The position numbers and the translations under genes were made by a program. The notes beneath the pieces were generated by a model. It was given only the letters and a program-made list of their open reading frames with translations, was not told the DNA's origin and did no database searches. A DNA stretch of 64,000 nucleotides from Syntrophobacter sp. SbD2 (GTDB lineage: Bacteria > Desulfobacterota > Binatia > UBA9968), in assembly GCA_945889495.1 (NCBI GenBank), contig CAMDBU010000003.1, positions 6,665-70,664 of the forward strand. Direction: 5' to 3'. This document shows, piece after piece, positions 10,949-20,196 of the stretch. Each line of letters starts with the position of its first letter. Within the stretch, counting starts at the first letter, position 1.

Positions 10949-11797
10949 ATGCCTCGAAGACACCCCGATTGGATCAAAGTTAAAGCTCCCGGTAATCCCA
11001 ACTACCTGCGGCTGAAAAAACTCATGCGCGAGAAAAACCTCCACACGGTGTGCGAGGAAGCGCGCTGTCCGAACATCGGCGAGTGCTGGGGCAACAAGAC
11101 CGCGACGTTTTTAATTCTCGGCGACACCTGCACCCGCGGCTGCCGTTTCTGCGCGATCGATAAAGGCAAACCGCTGGCGCTCGATCCCGAAGAGCCGCGC
11201 AACGTCGGCCTCACGGTCAAGGACTTGGGCCTGGATCATATCGTCGTCACCTCGGTCAACCGCGACGATCTGCCCGACGGCGGCGCCAACCATTTCGCCA
11301 AGACGGTTTTCTGGATCAAGACTTTGAATCCGGGCATCCGCGTTGAGTTGCTGATTCCCGATTTTGAAGGCAACCTCGACGCGCTCAAGACCGTGGTCAA
11401 CTCCGGCATCGAGATTTTGAATCACAACATTGAGACCGTGCCGCGCCTCTACGGCAAAGTCCGGCCGGGCCACACCTATGAATGTTCGGTGAATATTTTG
11501 AAAACCGCCAAAGAGCTGCGGCCGGAAGTGCTAACCAAGACCGGTATGATGTTGGGCGTCGGCGAGAGCAAAGAAGAAGTGATGACGACGCTGCACGAGC
11601 TCAAAGCAAACCATGTCGACATCGTGACCTTGGGACAATACCTGCAACCTTCGCCGAAGTTATTGAAGGTTGAACGTTATCTGCACCCGGATGAATTTTT
11701 GGAATTTAAAGCCGAAGCCGATAAGCTTGGCTTTCGCCATGTCGAGTCCGGCCCGCTAGTGCGCAGCTCCTACCACGCCTGGAGCCATGTGAACTAA
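10949..11797 (+). CDS. lipA: lipoyl synthase
   Basis: CEEARCPNIGECW and CTRGCRFC radical-SAM/auxiliary cluster motifs; directly follows lipB. Confidence 0.95.
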   Translation: MPRRHPDWIKVKAPGNPNYLRLKKLMREKNLHTVCEEARCPNIGECWGNKTATFLILGDTCTRGCRFCAIDKGKPLALDPEEPRNVGLTVKDLGLDHIVVTSVNRDDLPDGGANHFAKTVFWIKTLNPGIRVELLIPDFEGNLDALKTVVNSGIEILNHNIETVPRLYGKVRPGHTYECSVNILKTAKELRPEVLTKTGMMLGVGESKEEVMTTLHELKANHVDIVTLGQYLQPSPKLLKVERYLHPDEFLEFKAEADKLGFRHVESGPLVRSSYHAWSHVN

Positions 11798-11810
11798 ATA
11801 TCGCTGGCGC

Positions 11811-13151
11811 TTAAACCTCAGCCATCTTCTTAGAAAGCCAGCGCGCCGTGCGGAGAAGCCTCCCATCGCCACCGCGCGGCCCGACCAGCTGCACGCCCAT
11901 CGGCAAGCCATCGCTGCTTTGCAACAGCGGCAAGGTGATGCTCGGCATACCACACAGCGTCCACAATGTGCAAAAAGAAGGATCGCCAGTGGACGACAAT
12001 CCCTTGGGCGCCGCGCTCGGCGCCGCCGGCGTGAGTATCGCGTCGTAGCGTTGTTCGAAGAGCTCCGCGAAGCTGTCATGCATGGGCGCGATCTGTCGGA
12101 GCGCCCGTTGATAATCCACCGCTAGCACTTCGCGGCCGCGTTCGATCTGGCCACGAAGCTGTTCGGATAGCAGCGCGCGGTTGTTTTGCCATTCCCGTTC
12201 GAAATTATGCGCCACCTCGGCGCCCATGATCGTCTGATGCCATTGCCAGGCATCGTTGGCCGACGGGAACAATTCCACTTCTTCAACTTGCCCACCCAGC
12301 TGTTGGGCGATCTCGGCAAAGCCGTCTCGCGTATCCTCGTCAGTGCGCTCCCACATCGGCGTCTTGATGAATGCAAACATCGGTGGCAGCGGCGGCTCCT
12401 CGGCGGAAAGTGTCGAATAAGGAATGCGCGCGCCCGGCCGCGTGTCGGGATCGTTTTCATCGTAGGCGACCAACTGCTCGGCGAGCAGCGCGATGTCGTC
12501 AAGCGTGCGGGCGAACAGGCCGACATGGTCGAGGGTGCGCGATAGCGGCGACACCCGATGGCGGGAAATCAGCCCATGGGTCGGCTTAAAACCGATGACG
12601 CCGCAGTAGGCCGCCGGACGAATCGTCGAACCGGCGGTCTGGCTGCCGATGGCGAGCGGCACCATATGCGCCGCCACCGCCGCCGCCGAACCACTCGATG
12701 AGCCGCCCGGCGTGTGCTCAGGATTATGCGGATTGTGTGTCTTGCCGGGACTTAGAAAAGCGAACTCAGTGGTCACCGCCTTGCCCATGATCACCGCGCC
12801 GGCACCGCGCAGCAAAGCCACCGGCGTGGCATCCCGCGACGGCGTGCGCCCGGCATGAATCGGCGAGCCATACTCAGTCGGCATATCGGCGGTATCGAAA
12901 ATATCTTTGATCGCGATGGGCACGCCGTGCAACGGCCCGGTCGGTTTGCCTTCAAGGCGATACTGATCGAGCGCCCGCGCCTGGCTCAGCGCGTACGCCG
13001 GATCGAGAAACGCCCAGGCGTGAATCCGGTCATCGACTGCGCGGATCTGCGCCAAGCACGCCTCGACCAGCTGCTCCGAGCTGATCGCACCGTCGCGAAT
13101 CAGTCGCGCCGCTTCGGTCGCTGACAGCAGATGAAGATTGCTTAAATCCAT
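11811..13151 (-). CDS. amidase (amidase-signature family, GatA-like)
   Basis: GGSSSGSAAAVAA amidase signature with Ser-cisSer-Lys context; 446 aa. Confidence 0.85.
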   Translation of the reverse strand: MDLSNLHLLSATEAARLIRDGAISSEQLVEACLAQIRAVDDRIHAWAFLDPAYALSQARALDQYRLEGKPTGPLHGVPIAIKDIFDTADMPTEYGSPIHAGRTPSRDATPVALLRGAGAVIMGKAVTTEFAFLSPGKTHNPHNPEHTPGGSSSGSAAAVAAHMVPLAIGSQTAGSTIRPAAYCGVIGFKPTHGLISRHRVSPLSRTLDHVGLFARTLDDIALLAEQLVAYDENDPDTRPGARIPYSTLSAEEPPLPPMFAFIKTPMWERTDEDTRDGFAEIAQQLGGQVEEVELFPSANDAWQWHQTIMGAEVAHNFEREWQNNRALLSEQLRGQIERGREVLAVDYQRALRQIAPMHDSFAELFEQRYDAILTPAAPSAAPKGLSSTGDPSFCTLWTLCGMPSITLPLLQSSDGLPMGVQLVGPRGGDGRLLRTARWLSKKMAEV

Positions 13152-13272
13152 TTGGGCGTCGGAGATTCCAAGGCAAAATGCAAAATGAATAATGCAAAAG
13201 TTAAAATTCCGGAGATTCCGGACTCTTCATTTTGCCTTTTGCACTTTGCACTTTGCCTTCTGCCTTTTCCGA
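13152..13272. repeat. repeat-rich AT-biased intergenic element (amidase 5' region / dctM 3' region)
   Basis: direct repeat ggagattcc at 13161 and 13211; tandem tttgc(a/c)c heptamers at 13231-13265; imperfect inverted repeat gcaaaatgcaaaatg / cattttgccttttgc. Confidence 0.5.
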
Positions 13273-15360
13273 TTAGTTTCCATAGAGAAATTCCGGCAAC
13301 CACAGCGTCATGCCCGGCCATATGTACATGCAGACCAAACATAAGCAGACGATCAACATGTAAGGCATCATGCCGGCGAAAATCTGATTGAGCGTGACAT
13401 GCTTGGGCGCCACGCCTTTGAGATAAAACGCCGACATCGCCACCGGCGGCGACAGAAACGCCGCCTGGAGATTCACCGCCACCATGGTGCCGAAGAGAAT
13501 CGGATCGACGTTGAAATGGCTCAGCAGCGGAATGAAGATCGGACAGAAGATGACAATGATTTCGGTCCACTCGAGGGGCCAGCCGAGGATGAAAATAATC
13601 GCCTGGGCGACCAGCTGAAAGCCCAGCGGCGAGAGGTTCAGGCTCAACACCCAGCGTTCGATCAATCCCTGGCCGCCGTGCAACGCGAAGACGCCGGAAA
13701 ACAGCGCCGAGCCGATGAACAGCCAGCACACCATCGCCGTGGTCTTGGCGGTGAGAAAAGTTGCTTCTTGAAGATTACGCCGGAGCTCCGGCGACTTTGG
13801 CAGACCAATTATGAGCGGAATCCCGGTGCCAATAAACGCCGCACCCAGTGATCCCGAAACGATCAACGTGGCGATGTCGCCGCGCTGCATGCCGAGCACG
13901 ATGCCGATCACCGCACCCAATAGACTCCACCAACCGCAGCTGCGCGGGAACTTCACTAACACTGCAAGATAAAGCGCGCCCAAGGCGCCGATCGCCGCGG
14001 ACTCAGTGGCCGTGCAAATGCCCAGGAGAATCACCACCAGCACGACGATGGTCAGCACCCCCAACGGCACCACGGCGATGGCCATCTCTTTGAGGATCTC
14101 GAACTGCTCGCCGTCCATGCGCCAGTAGTAATAAATCAACAGCAGCGTCGAGAGCCCGACCAACGCCCAAAACCAAGTGTAGAATTGCGCCGGTACTTTA
14201 CCTCCGCCACCGGCCGCGGCTGGCTCGGTGATCGAACCCATCTCTTGCGGCGGCGCATCGGCCGGGCGCACCGGTTCCGTCGGTTCGACTGTGCTCTCCG
14301 CCGCACCGAGCTCTTGCGGCTTGGTTTCAACGCCGCCCAACTCCTGCGGCTTGTCATCCGCGCCGCCAAGCGCCTGCGGTTTTTCGGACGGCGCGGGCGC
14401 GGCAACCTGCGGCGGCGCCGCGGGCTGTGGCGTTGGGACTGTCACGCTGGTCGCCGCCGGCGCGCTGTGAATGACCACATACCACCAAGTGCCGGCGTAG
14501 GTGCCGACCGTCAACGCCAAGGGCACCAGCAACGCGATCACATTGTTAACGATGAAACCGTAACTGACCGGCTGGCCATCCGGTCGCGCCACGCCATGCA
14601 GTTTGCCAGGTTGAAACAATAGCGAGAGGATGGCGCCGAACACGCGCTTTGACGGGCCCCGTTCGAGCGGCTGCAACCATTCTGGCACCGCGACGCGGTA
14701 CTGATCCGGCGACAGCTTAGGGGCGATCTTCGGATTGATCATCGCCCAGCCGAGAATATAAACGAGATAGAGAAACGTCAGGAAAAAACCCGGAATCATC
14801 GCCGCGGCGTAGAGTTTGACGATCGACTGCCCGGCGACGGCGGCGTAGACGATCAGCATCACCGACGGCGGAATGAGTATGCCGAGGGTGCCGCCGGCGG
14901 TGATCGCGCCGGAAGCTAAACGCACATCGTAGCCGGCGTTGAGCATCGGCCGCATGGCGATGACGCCCATTAGCACGACGACTGCGCCGACGATGCCCGA
15001 GGCGATGCCCCAGAAAGCGCAGACCAGTAATGTCGTAACCGCCAGCGACGCCGGCACCCGGCGAAACGCCAACTGCACGCTATGAAACATGCGGTCGACC
15101 AGCGCGGCGCGCTCCATGATGTAGCCCATGAAGACGAACAACGGCACCGATAAAAGCGTGTCATTGGTCATGACGCCGTAGGTGCGCTGGACCATCAGAT
15201 CGAAGATCCGATTCTGCCACCAGTGATGGGCCGGATCCCAAAAAGCGACATAGCCGAAGATCATGCCCAGGCCCATGAGCGTGAAGGCGGTGGGAAACCC
15301 CATCATGATCGCCGCCACAACCAGCCCCAACATAGTTAAGCCGAGGATCGGATCGCTCAT
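13273..15360 (-). CDS. dctM: TRAP transporter large permease (DctM; COG4664-type) with a ~110-aa proline-rich repeat insertion
   Basis: DctM-like TM core split by a hydrophilic insert …PAPSEKPQALGGADDKPQELGGVETKPQELGAAE…; 695 aa versus about 430-450 aa typical. Confidence 0.8.
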   Translation of the reverse strand: MSDPILGLTMLGLVVAAIMMGFPTAFTLMGLGMIFGYVAFWDPAHHWWQNRIFDLMVQRTYGVMTNDTLLSVPLFVFMGYIMERAALVDRMFHSVQLAFRRVPASLAVTTLLVCAFWGIASGIVGAVVVLMGVIAMRPMLNAGYDVRLASGAITAGGTLGILIPPSVMLIVYAAVAGQSIVKLYAAAMIPGFFLTFLYLVYILGWAMINPKIAPKLSPDQYRVAVPEWLQPLERGPSKRVFGAILSLLFQPGKLHGVARPDGQPVSYGFIVNNVIALLVPLALTVGTYAGTWWYVVIHSAPAATSVTVPTPQPAAPPQVAAPAPSEKPQALGGADDKPQELGGVETKPQELGAAESTVEPTEPVRPADAPPQEMGSITEPAAAGGGGKVPAQFYTWFWALVGLSTLLLIYYYWRMDGEQFEILKEMAIAVVPLGVLTIVVLVVILLGICTATESAAIGALGALYLAVLVKFPRSCGWWSLLGAVIGIVLGMQRGDIATLIVSGSLGAAFIGTGIPLIIGLPKSPELRRNLQEATFLTAKTTAMVCWLFIGSALFSGVFALHGGQGLIERWVLSLNLSPLGFQLVAQAIIFILGWPLEWTEIIVIFCPIFIPLLSHFNVDPILFGTMVAVNLQAAFLSPPVAMSAFYLKGVAPKHVTLNQIFAGMMPYMLIVCLCLVCMYIWPGMTLWLPEFLYGN

Positions 15361-16064
15361 GGCTTTTTCTTTTCCTCGTCCATGTCCATGGAGCTGCGAT
15401 GACGCGCGGCGTCGTCAATGGCGTGGGCCGAGCGCATGGTCGCCAAGCGCGACTCTTCGTCGATAAATTGGCTGTGCGACAGTTGGGTTTCGATGACGTC
15501 GATCTCTTCGACGTCGTTCAACCGCGCCGGCCAAGCGCCGCTGCGAATACAAACGATGCAGCGGACGATTTCCGCGAAACCCTGAAGCATGACAAACGCT
15601 CCGGCGACCGGGATCACGGTCTTGAAGTAATAGATCGGTGGCCCCTCCGCGGTCACATTCGAGTGCTCGGCGATGCGCCAGGAGTCGGCGGCGTAGCCGT
15701 AGCCGGCGTAGACCAGTCCTAAAATACCCGGCATGAAGAACAAAAAATATAATAATAGATCGAGCGAGGCCTGGGCGCGCGGCTTCAAATAGATATAAAC
15801 AAAGTCGGCGCGCACATGGCCGGCGAGCGCCAAGGTGTAAGCGCCGCACATCATGAATAGCGTGCCGTAAAGCATATTGTTCAGATCGAAGATCCAGGAG
15901 GTCGGCGCGTTCAGGATGTAGCGCTTGAACACCTCGATGGAGACCACCAGGGTCAGTCCGAGGATCAGCCAGGCGAACGCTTTGCCGGTCCAGTAACTGA
16001 TCTGGTCGACGATGCGGAGCAGCGGTTTGGCATCCATGATTGGTCTCGAAAAAAAGCCAGTCAT
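15357..16064 (-). CDS. dctQ: TRAP transporter small permease (DctQ)
   Basis: four-TM small-subunit topology between dctP and dctM; overlaps the dctM start by 4 nt; carries a ~50-aa charged C-terminal tail. Confidence 0.75.
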   Translation of the reverse strand: MTGFFSRPIMDAKPLLRIVDQISYWTGKAFAWLILGLTLVVSIEVFKRYILNAPTSWIFDLNNMLYGTLFMMCGAYTLALAGHVRADFVYIYLKPRAQASLDLLLYFLFFMPGILGLVYAGYGYAADSWRIAEHSNVTAEGPPIYYFKTVIPVAGAFVMLQGFAEIVRCIVCIRSGAWPARLNDVEEIDVIETQLSHSQFIDEESRLATMRSAHAIDDAARHRSSMDMDEEKKKP

Positions 16065-16112
16065 CCGGTCAGCGCCGGATGACTGGCATACTGCGGCAAG
16101 GGCTTTTGGAAG

Positions 16113-17255
16113 TTAACCCTTCTTGGCGAAGTAATGATTGTACGCCATGCGCCGGCTAACATTGGTGTCGAGATCCCACTTGACCGCCCGGGCGGCGAAA
16201 GCGCGCTGGGAGTCGGCGATCTCCTTGAAGAGCGGATTCTCGCCCGCCTTCTTCGACTCGACTTGGTCGAATACGACCAGCTGCTTCTGCAACACTGAAT
16301 CGGGCGTCTTATAGAAGCGGACTTTGTCTTTACTCTGCAGCTCGATGTAGTCTTTCGAGTAACGATCGATCGCCTTCCACAGCATATCCGCCGACGCCGC
16401 ATCGACGGCGTAGGCGATGATCGCCTTCATTTTCTCCGGCAGACCGTCATACTTGGTCTTGTTGAACAGGATCTCAAACTGCTCGGCATTCTGATGGTAG
16501 CTCTGCAACATGCAAACTTTCGAAACATCGGCGAAGCCGAGCGAGCGGTCCGAGGACGCATTGTTGAACTCGGCGGCATCGAGCAGGCCGCGGTCCATGG
16601 CGGGGACGATTTCGCCGCCCGGCAGCGCGTTCACCGCAGCGCCCATGCCTTGAAACAGATCGATAGAGATGCCGACGGTGCGGAACTTCATGCCCTTGAA
16701 GTCCTCCGGTTTCGTCACCGGCTTCTTGTACCAGCCAAGCGGCTGGGTCGGCATCGGACCGTAAGGAAAAGACACCACGTTGGCACCGATCGAGGCATAG
16801 AGCTTATTGAGCAACTCTTTGCCGCCGCCGTACTTGTGCCAGGAGAGCAGCATGTTGGCGTCCATGCCATAGGCCGGGCCGGATCCCCAAAGCGCCAGAG
16901 CGTTTTGCTTGCCATAGTGATAAGCAAGCACGCCATGGCCGCCGTCGAGGGTACCTTTGGAGACCGCTTCGAGCAGACCGAAGGCCGGCACCACCGCGCC
17001 AGCGGGCAGCACTTCGATCTTCAAATCACCGCCGGTCATGTCGTTAACTTTTTTGGCGAAGTCGTTGGCAAACTCGTGGAAAATATCCTTGGCCGGCCAG
17101 GTGCTCTGCCAGCGCATCGAGGTCACGCCTTGCGCCTTGACGATGTTGGGGAATCCCAGCACCGCCGCGCCGCCCGCCGCCATCGCCGCCTTCAAAACAT
17201 TGCGCCGTGAAATCGGTTTCGTTGCCGGCGCGTCAATCTTGGTATCTTCGGTCAT
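16113..17255 (-). CDS. dctP: TRAP transporter substrate-binding protein (DctP; COG4663-type) with Tat signal
   Basis: SRRNVLKAAMAAGGAAVLGF twin-arginine signal; DctP-like fold, 380 aa. Confidence 0.85.
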   Translation of the reverse strand: MTEDTKIDAPATKPISRRNVLKAAMAAGGAAVLGFPNIVKAQGVTSMRWQSTWPAKDIFHEFANDFAKKVNDMTGGDLKIEVLPAGAVVPAFGLLEAVSKGTLDGGHGVLAYHYGKQNALALWGSGPAYGMDANMLLSWHKYGGGKELLNKLYASIGANVVSFPYGPMPTQPLGWYKKPVTKPEDFKGMKFRTVGISIDLFQGMGAAVNALPGGEIVPAMDRGLLDAAEFNNASSDRSLGFADVSKVCMLQSYHQNAEQFEILFNKTKYDGLPEKMKAIIAYAVDAASADMLWKAIDRYSKDYIELQSKDKVRFYKTPDSVLQKQLVVFDQVESKKAGENPLFKEIADSQRAFAARAVKWDLDTNVSRRMAYNHYFAKKG

Positions 17256-17373
17256 GGTCTGCCTCCTAAAGAATACAAACGTTGTAAGCTTATATTACGG
17301 CGGGCTCAATTTAGTCAATCTTGAAACCAGCCAGGTTGACACCCGGTTTAGCTCTCGGTTACGGTTGCCGCAC

Positions 17374-18810
17374 ATGGATAAGCGGGAATTGATTACTGAG
17401 CTGCGCCGGATTGTCGGCACGCCATACGTTCTAATCGAAAAAGAAGATGTCATCGTTTACGAGCAGGACGGTTCGATCTTCCAGGTCATGCCGGAGATTG
17501 TCGTCGTGCCGGCCAATGTCGAAGAAGTCTCAGCGGTGGTGCGAGCGGCGCGAAGCGCGAGCGTTCCAATCGTCCCGCGCGGCTCGGGCACCGGTCTCGC
17601 CGGCGGCGCGGTGCCGGCCGAAGGCGGTATCATCCTGTCGCTCACCCGCTTCGACCGCATATTGAAAATCGATCTGGAGAATCACCTTGCCATCGTCGAG
17701 CCGGGCGTGATCAATCTCGACGTCACCAAGGCGGTCGCCAAGGACGGCTTTTTCTACGCCCCCGACCCGAGCAGCCAAGCCGCCTGTTCCATCGGCGGCA
17801 ATGTCGCGAACAATTCCGGCGGCCCGCATACGCTCGCCTACGGCGTCACGACCAATCATGTATTAGGCATCGAAGTCGTCCTCGACGACGGCGAAGTCGT
17901 TTGGTTGGGCGGCGAAGTGGCCGACACGCCGGGCTACGATCTCTGCGGCGTTTTCGTCGGCTCCGAAGGGACCATGGGCATCGTGACAAAAATCGCCGTC
18001 AAACTCATGCAGACGCGCGAGTCGGTGCGCACATTACTGGCAATCTTTGACGACATGGATTTTGCGACCAACACGGTGGTCGAGATTACCTCGGAAGGAA
18101 TTATTCCGGCAGCACTGGAAATCATGGACCATATGTCCATCGAAGCGGTGGAGCGCGGCGCGCCGGTGGGATTTCCGCGCGACGCCGCCGCGGTGTTGAT
18201 CGTCGAGGTCGAAGGATTGAGCGAACAGACCGAGCGGTCGATCATGCTCGCCAGTGAAATTTGCCGGCGCAACGGTGCGCGAGAAGTAAAGGTTGCCAAG
18301 AACGACGCCGAGCGCCAGCTATTATGGAAAGGGCGCAAAGGCGCCTTCGGCGCCATGGGCACGCTGGCGCCTAATTATTACGTCCAAGACGGGGTGGTGC
18401 CGCGCAGCCAATTGCCGGAAATGATGCGCCGGGTCGCCGCCATCAGCAAAGAATTTAATCTAACCATCGCCAACGTGTTCCACGCCGGCGACGGCAATCT
18501 GCACCCGAATATTTTGTTCGACATGCGCAACCCCGGCGAGCTGGAGCGGGTCATCGAGGCCGGCGCCGCGACCCTACGCGCCTGCGTCGAACTGGGCGGT
18601 AGCATCACCGGCGAACATGGCGTCGGCATGGAAAAGAAAGCGTACATCGGTTGGTTATTTAACGACGCCGACCTCGCCGCCATGACCCGCGTTCGCCACG
18701 CCTTCGACCCGGACAACCGGTTTAACCCAGCAAAACTTTTTCCGACGCCGGCGAGCTGCGGCGAAGTTCGGTTAGAACCGGGGAAAATTCCCGCGGGATT
18801 GTGGAAATGA
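17374..18810 (+). CDS. glcD: glycolate oxidase subunit GlcD (FAD-linked oxidase)
   Basis: FAD-binding PCMH domain (…VVVPRGSGTGLAGGAVP…) plus FAD-oxidase C-terminal domain; start taken at MDKRELI (the ORF track's 5' extension from 16957 overlaps dctP antisense and is treated as spurious). Confidence 0.85.
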   Translation: MDKRELITELRRIVGTPYVLIEKEDVIVYEQDGSIFQVMPEIVVVPANVEEVSAVVRAARSASVPIVPRGSGTGLAGGAVPAEGGIILSLTRFDRILKIDLENHLAIVEPGVINLDVTKAVAKDGFFYAPDPSSQAACSIGGNVANNSGGPHTLAYGVTTNHVLGIEVVLDDGEVVWLGGEVADTPGYDLCGVFVGSEGTMGIVTKIAVKLMQTRESVRTLLAIFDDMDFATNTVVEITSEGIIPAALEIMDHMSIEAVERGAPVGFPRDAAAVLIVEVEGLSEQTERSIMLASEICRRNGAREVKVAKNDAERQLLWKGRKGAFGAMGTLAPNYYVQDGVVPRSQLPEMMRRVAAISKEFNLTIANVFHAGDGNLHPNILFDMRNPGELERVIEAGAATLRACVELGGSITGEHGVGMEKKAYIGWLFNDADLAAMTRVRHAFDPDNRFNPAKLFPTPASCGEVRLEPGKIPAGLWK

Positions 18811-18817
18811 CTAATTC

Positions 18818-18882
18818 GTTTCGAGTTCCGAGTTTTGGGTTTCGAGTTATTAACGCGAAACTCGAAACCCGTAACTCGAAAC
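18818..18882. repeat. composite hairpin built from direct and inverted copies of gtttcgagtt
   Basis: gggtttcgagtt (18837-18848) pairs perfectly with aactcgaaaccc (18859-18870); an outer gtttcgagtt (18818-18827) pairs with aactcgaaac (18873-18882); the motif occurs three times in each orientation. Confidence 0.55.
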
Positions 18883-18886
18883 AGAT

Positions 18887-20194
18887 TTGAGAATACCGTT
18901 GGCCCATATCCACCCCACACAAGAACAAACTAACAACGCGAAAGTGCCAAGCCTCGACCTCGCCGAACTCTACCAGTGCGTTCACTGCGGTTTGTGCCTG
19001 AACCAATGTCCGACCTACCGCGTCACCAGGCTTGAGGCGGAATCGCCGCGCGGCCGCATCCATCTGGTCAAAGCGGCGGCTGACGGCCGCATCGAGTTGA
19101 ACGACCGCTTCAAAGAACATCTGCAACTTTGTCTGCTCTGCCGCGCCTGCGAATCCGCCTGTCCTTCCGGCGTTCAGTATGGCCGCATCGCCGAGACCGC
19201 CCGCGAACTGATCGGTCCGCCGGGCTCGCCGCTAGTTCGGAGAATTTTAAATTTCGTCTTCACCCAACTGCTGCCCTACGCCGGCCGGCTGAAGCTGGCG
19301 TTCACGCTACTACGCTGGTACCAGCGCACCGGCCTGCAAACAGTCGCCCGCCTGCTCATGCCGGCAAAACTGCGCGCCATGGACGCCATGCTGCCGGCGA
19401 TTCCGGCAAAGTTTTTTCAGCCCACCGCGAATACCTTACCCGCCATCGGCCCACGCCGCGCCCGGGTCGCCATGTTGAACGGCTGCGTCATGCCGCTGCT
19501 GTTTGGCGATGTTAACGAAGCCACGGTGCGCGTGCTACGGCGTAGCGGCTGCGAGGTGATTTTCCCTGAGCAAACTTGCTGCGGCGCCTTGAACATTCAT
19601 AACGGCGAGCAAGTGGCCGCCAAACAGATGGCGCGGAAAAACATCGACGCGTTTCTCGCAGCCGACGTCGACGCCATCGTCGTTAACGCCGCCGGCTGCG
19701 GCGCGGCAATGAAGGAATATGACTTTCTTTTGCGCGACGACCCCGAGTACGCCGACAAAGCGAAACGCTTCGCCGCCCTGGTCAAAGACGCCGGCGAATT
19801 TGTCGCCGGCCTTGGTCTCGTCGGTCGGTTGCAACCGATCAATTTGACCGTCACCTACCAAGACCCCTGCCATCTCGCCCATGGGCAAAAAATTCGCCGC
19901 CAACCGCGCGAGCTGCTGCAAGCGATTCCCGGATTGAAATTAGTCGAGATGGACGGCAGCGATCGCTGCTGCGGCAGCGCCGGCATTTACAACCTGACCC
20001 ACGCCGGCATGTCGCAGGAGCTGCTCAAGGAAAAAATGCGCGGCGTCGGCGCCGCCAACGCCGACGCCATCGTCGCGCCGAATCCCGGCTGCATGTTGCA
20101 ACTGCGCTATGGCGGCAAAACCTATGGTCCGCAGCTGCCGGTCTACCACCTGATGGACTTGCTCGACCGCGCCTACGGCGAGGTGGCGGAATAG
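18887..20194 (+). CDS. glcF: glycolate oxidase iron-sulfur subunit GlcF
   Basis: two 4Fe-4S ferredoxin motifs (CVHCGLCLNQCP; CLLCRACESACP) followed by two CCG domains; the exact start (TTG at 18887?) is uncertain. Confidence 0.85.
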   Translation: MRIPLAHIHPTQEQTNNAKVPSLDLAELYQCVHCGLCLNQCPTYRVTRLEAESPRGRIHLVKAAADGRIELNDRFKEHLQLCLLCRACESACPSGVQYGRIAETARELIGPPGSPLVRRILNFVFTQLLPYAGRLKLAFTLLRWYQRTGLQTVARLLMPAKLRAMDAMLPAIPAKFFQPTANTLPAIGPRRARVAMLNGCVMPLLFGDVNEATVRVLRRSGCEVIFPEQTCCGALNIHNGEQVAAKQMARKNIDAFLAADVDAIVVNAAGCGAAMKEYDFLLRDDPEYADKAKRFAALVKDAGEFVAGLGLVGRLQPINLTVTYQDPCHLAHGQKIRRQPRELLQAIPGLKLVEMDGSDRCCGSAGIYNLTHAGMSQELLKEKMRGVGAANADAIVAPNPGCMLQLRYGGKTYGPQLPVYHLMDLLDRAYGEVAE

Positions 20195-20196
20195 CG

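Noticed and set aside
13152-13272. CRISPR-like array (also considered for 18818-18882 and 43145-43223)
   Set aside because: Repeat units are 7-13 nt, contiguous or inverted, with no unique spacers of 25-40 nt and no cas genes. Not CRISPR.
17336-17364. Candidate sigma70 promoter for glcD (TTGACA at 17336-17341)
   Set aside because: No acceptable -10 hexamer at 16-18 nt spacing (TTACGG/GTTACG). Too weak to list as a feature.
16957-17373. 5' extensions of glcD (from 16957), the mltD-like gene (from 22133), the NMT1-SBP (to 33578), UbiD (to 52749) and lipB (from 10123) shown in the ORF track
   Set aside because: These extensions overlap neighbouring genes on the opposite strand or lack signal-peptide/RBS logic. 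Internal starts with good Shine-Dalgarno sequences and conserved N-termini were preferred.
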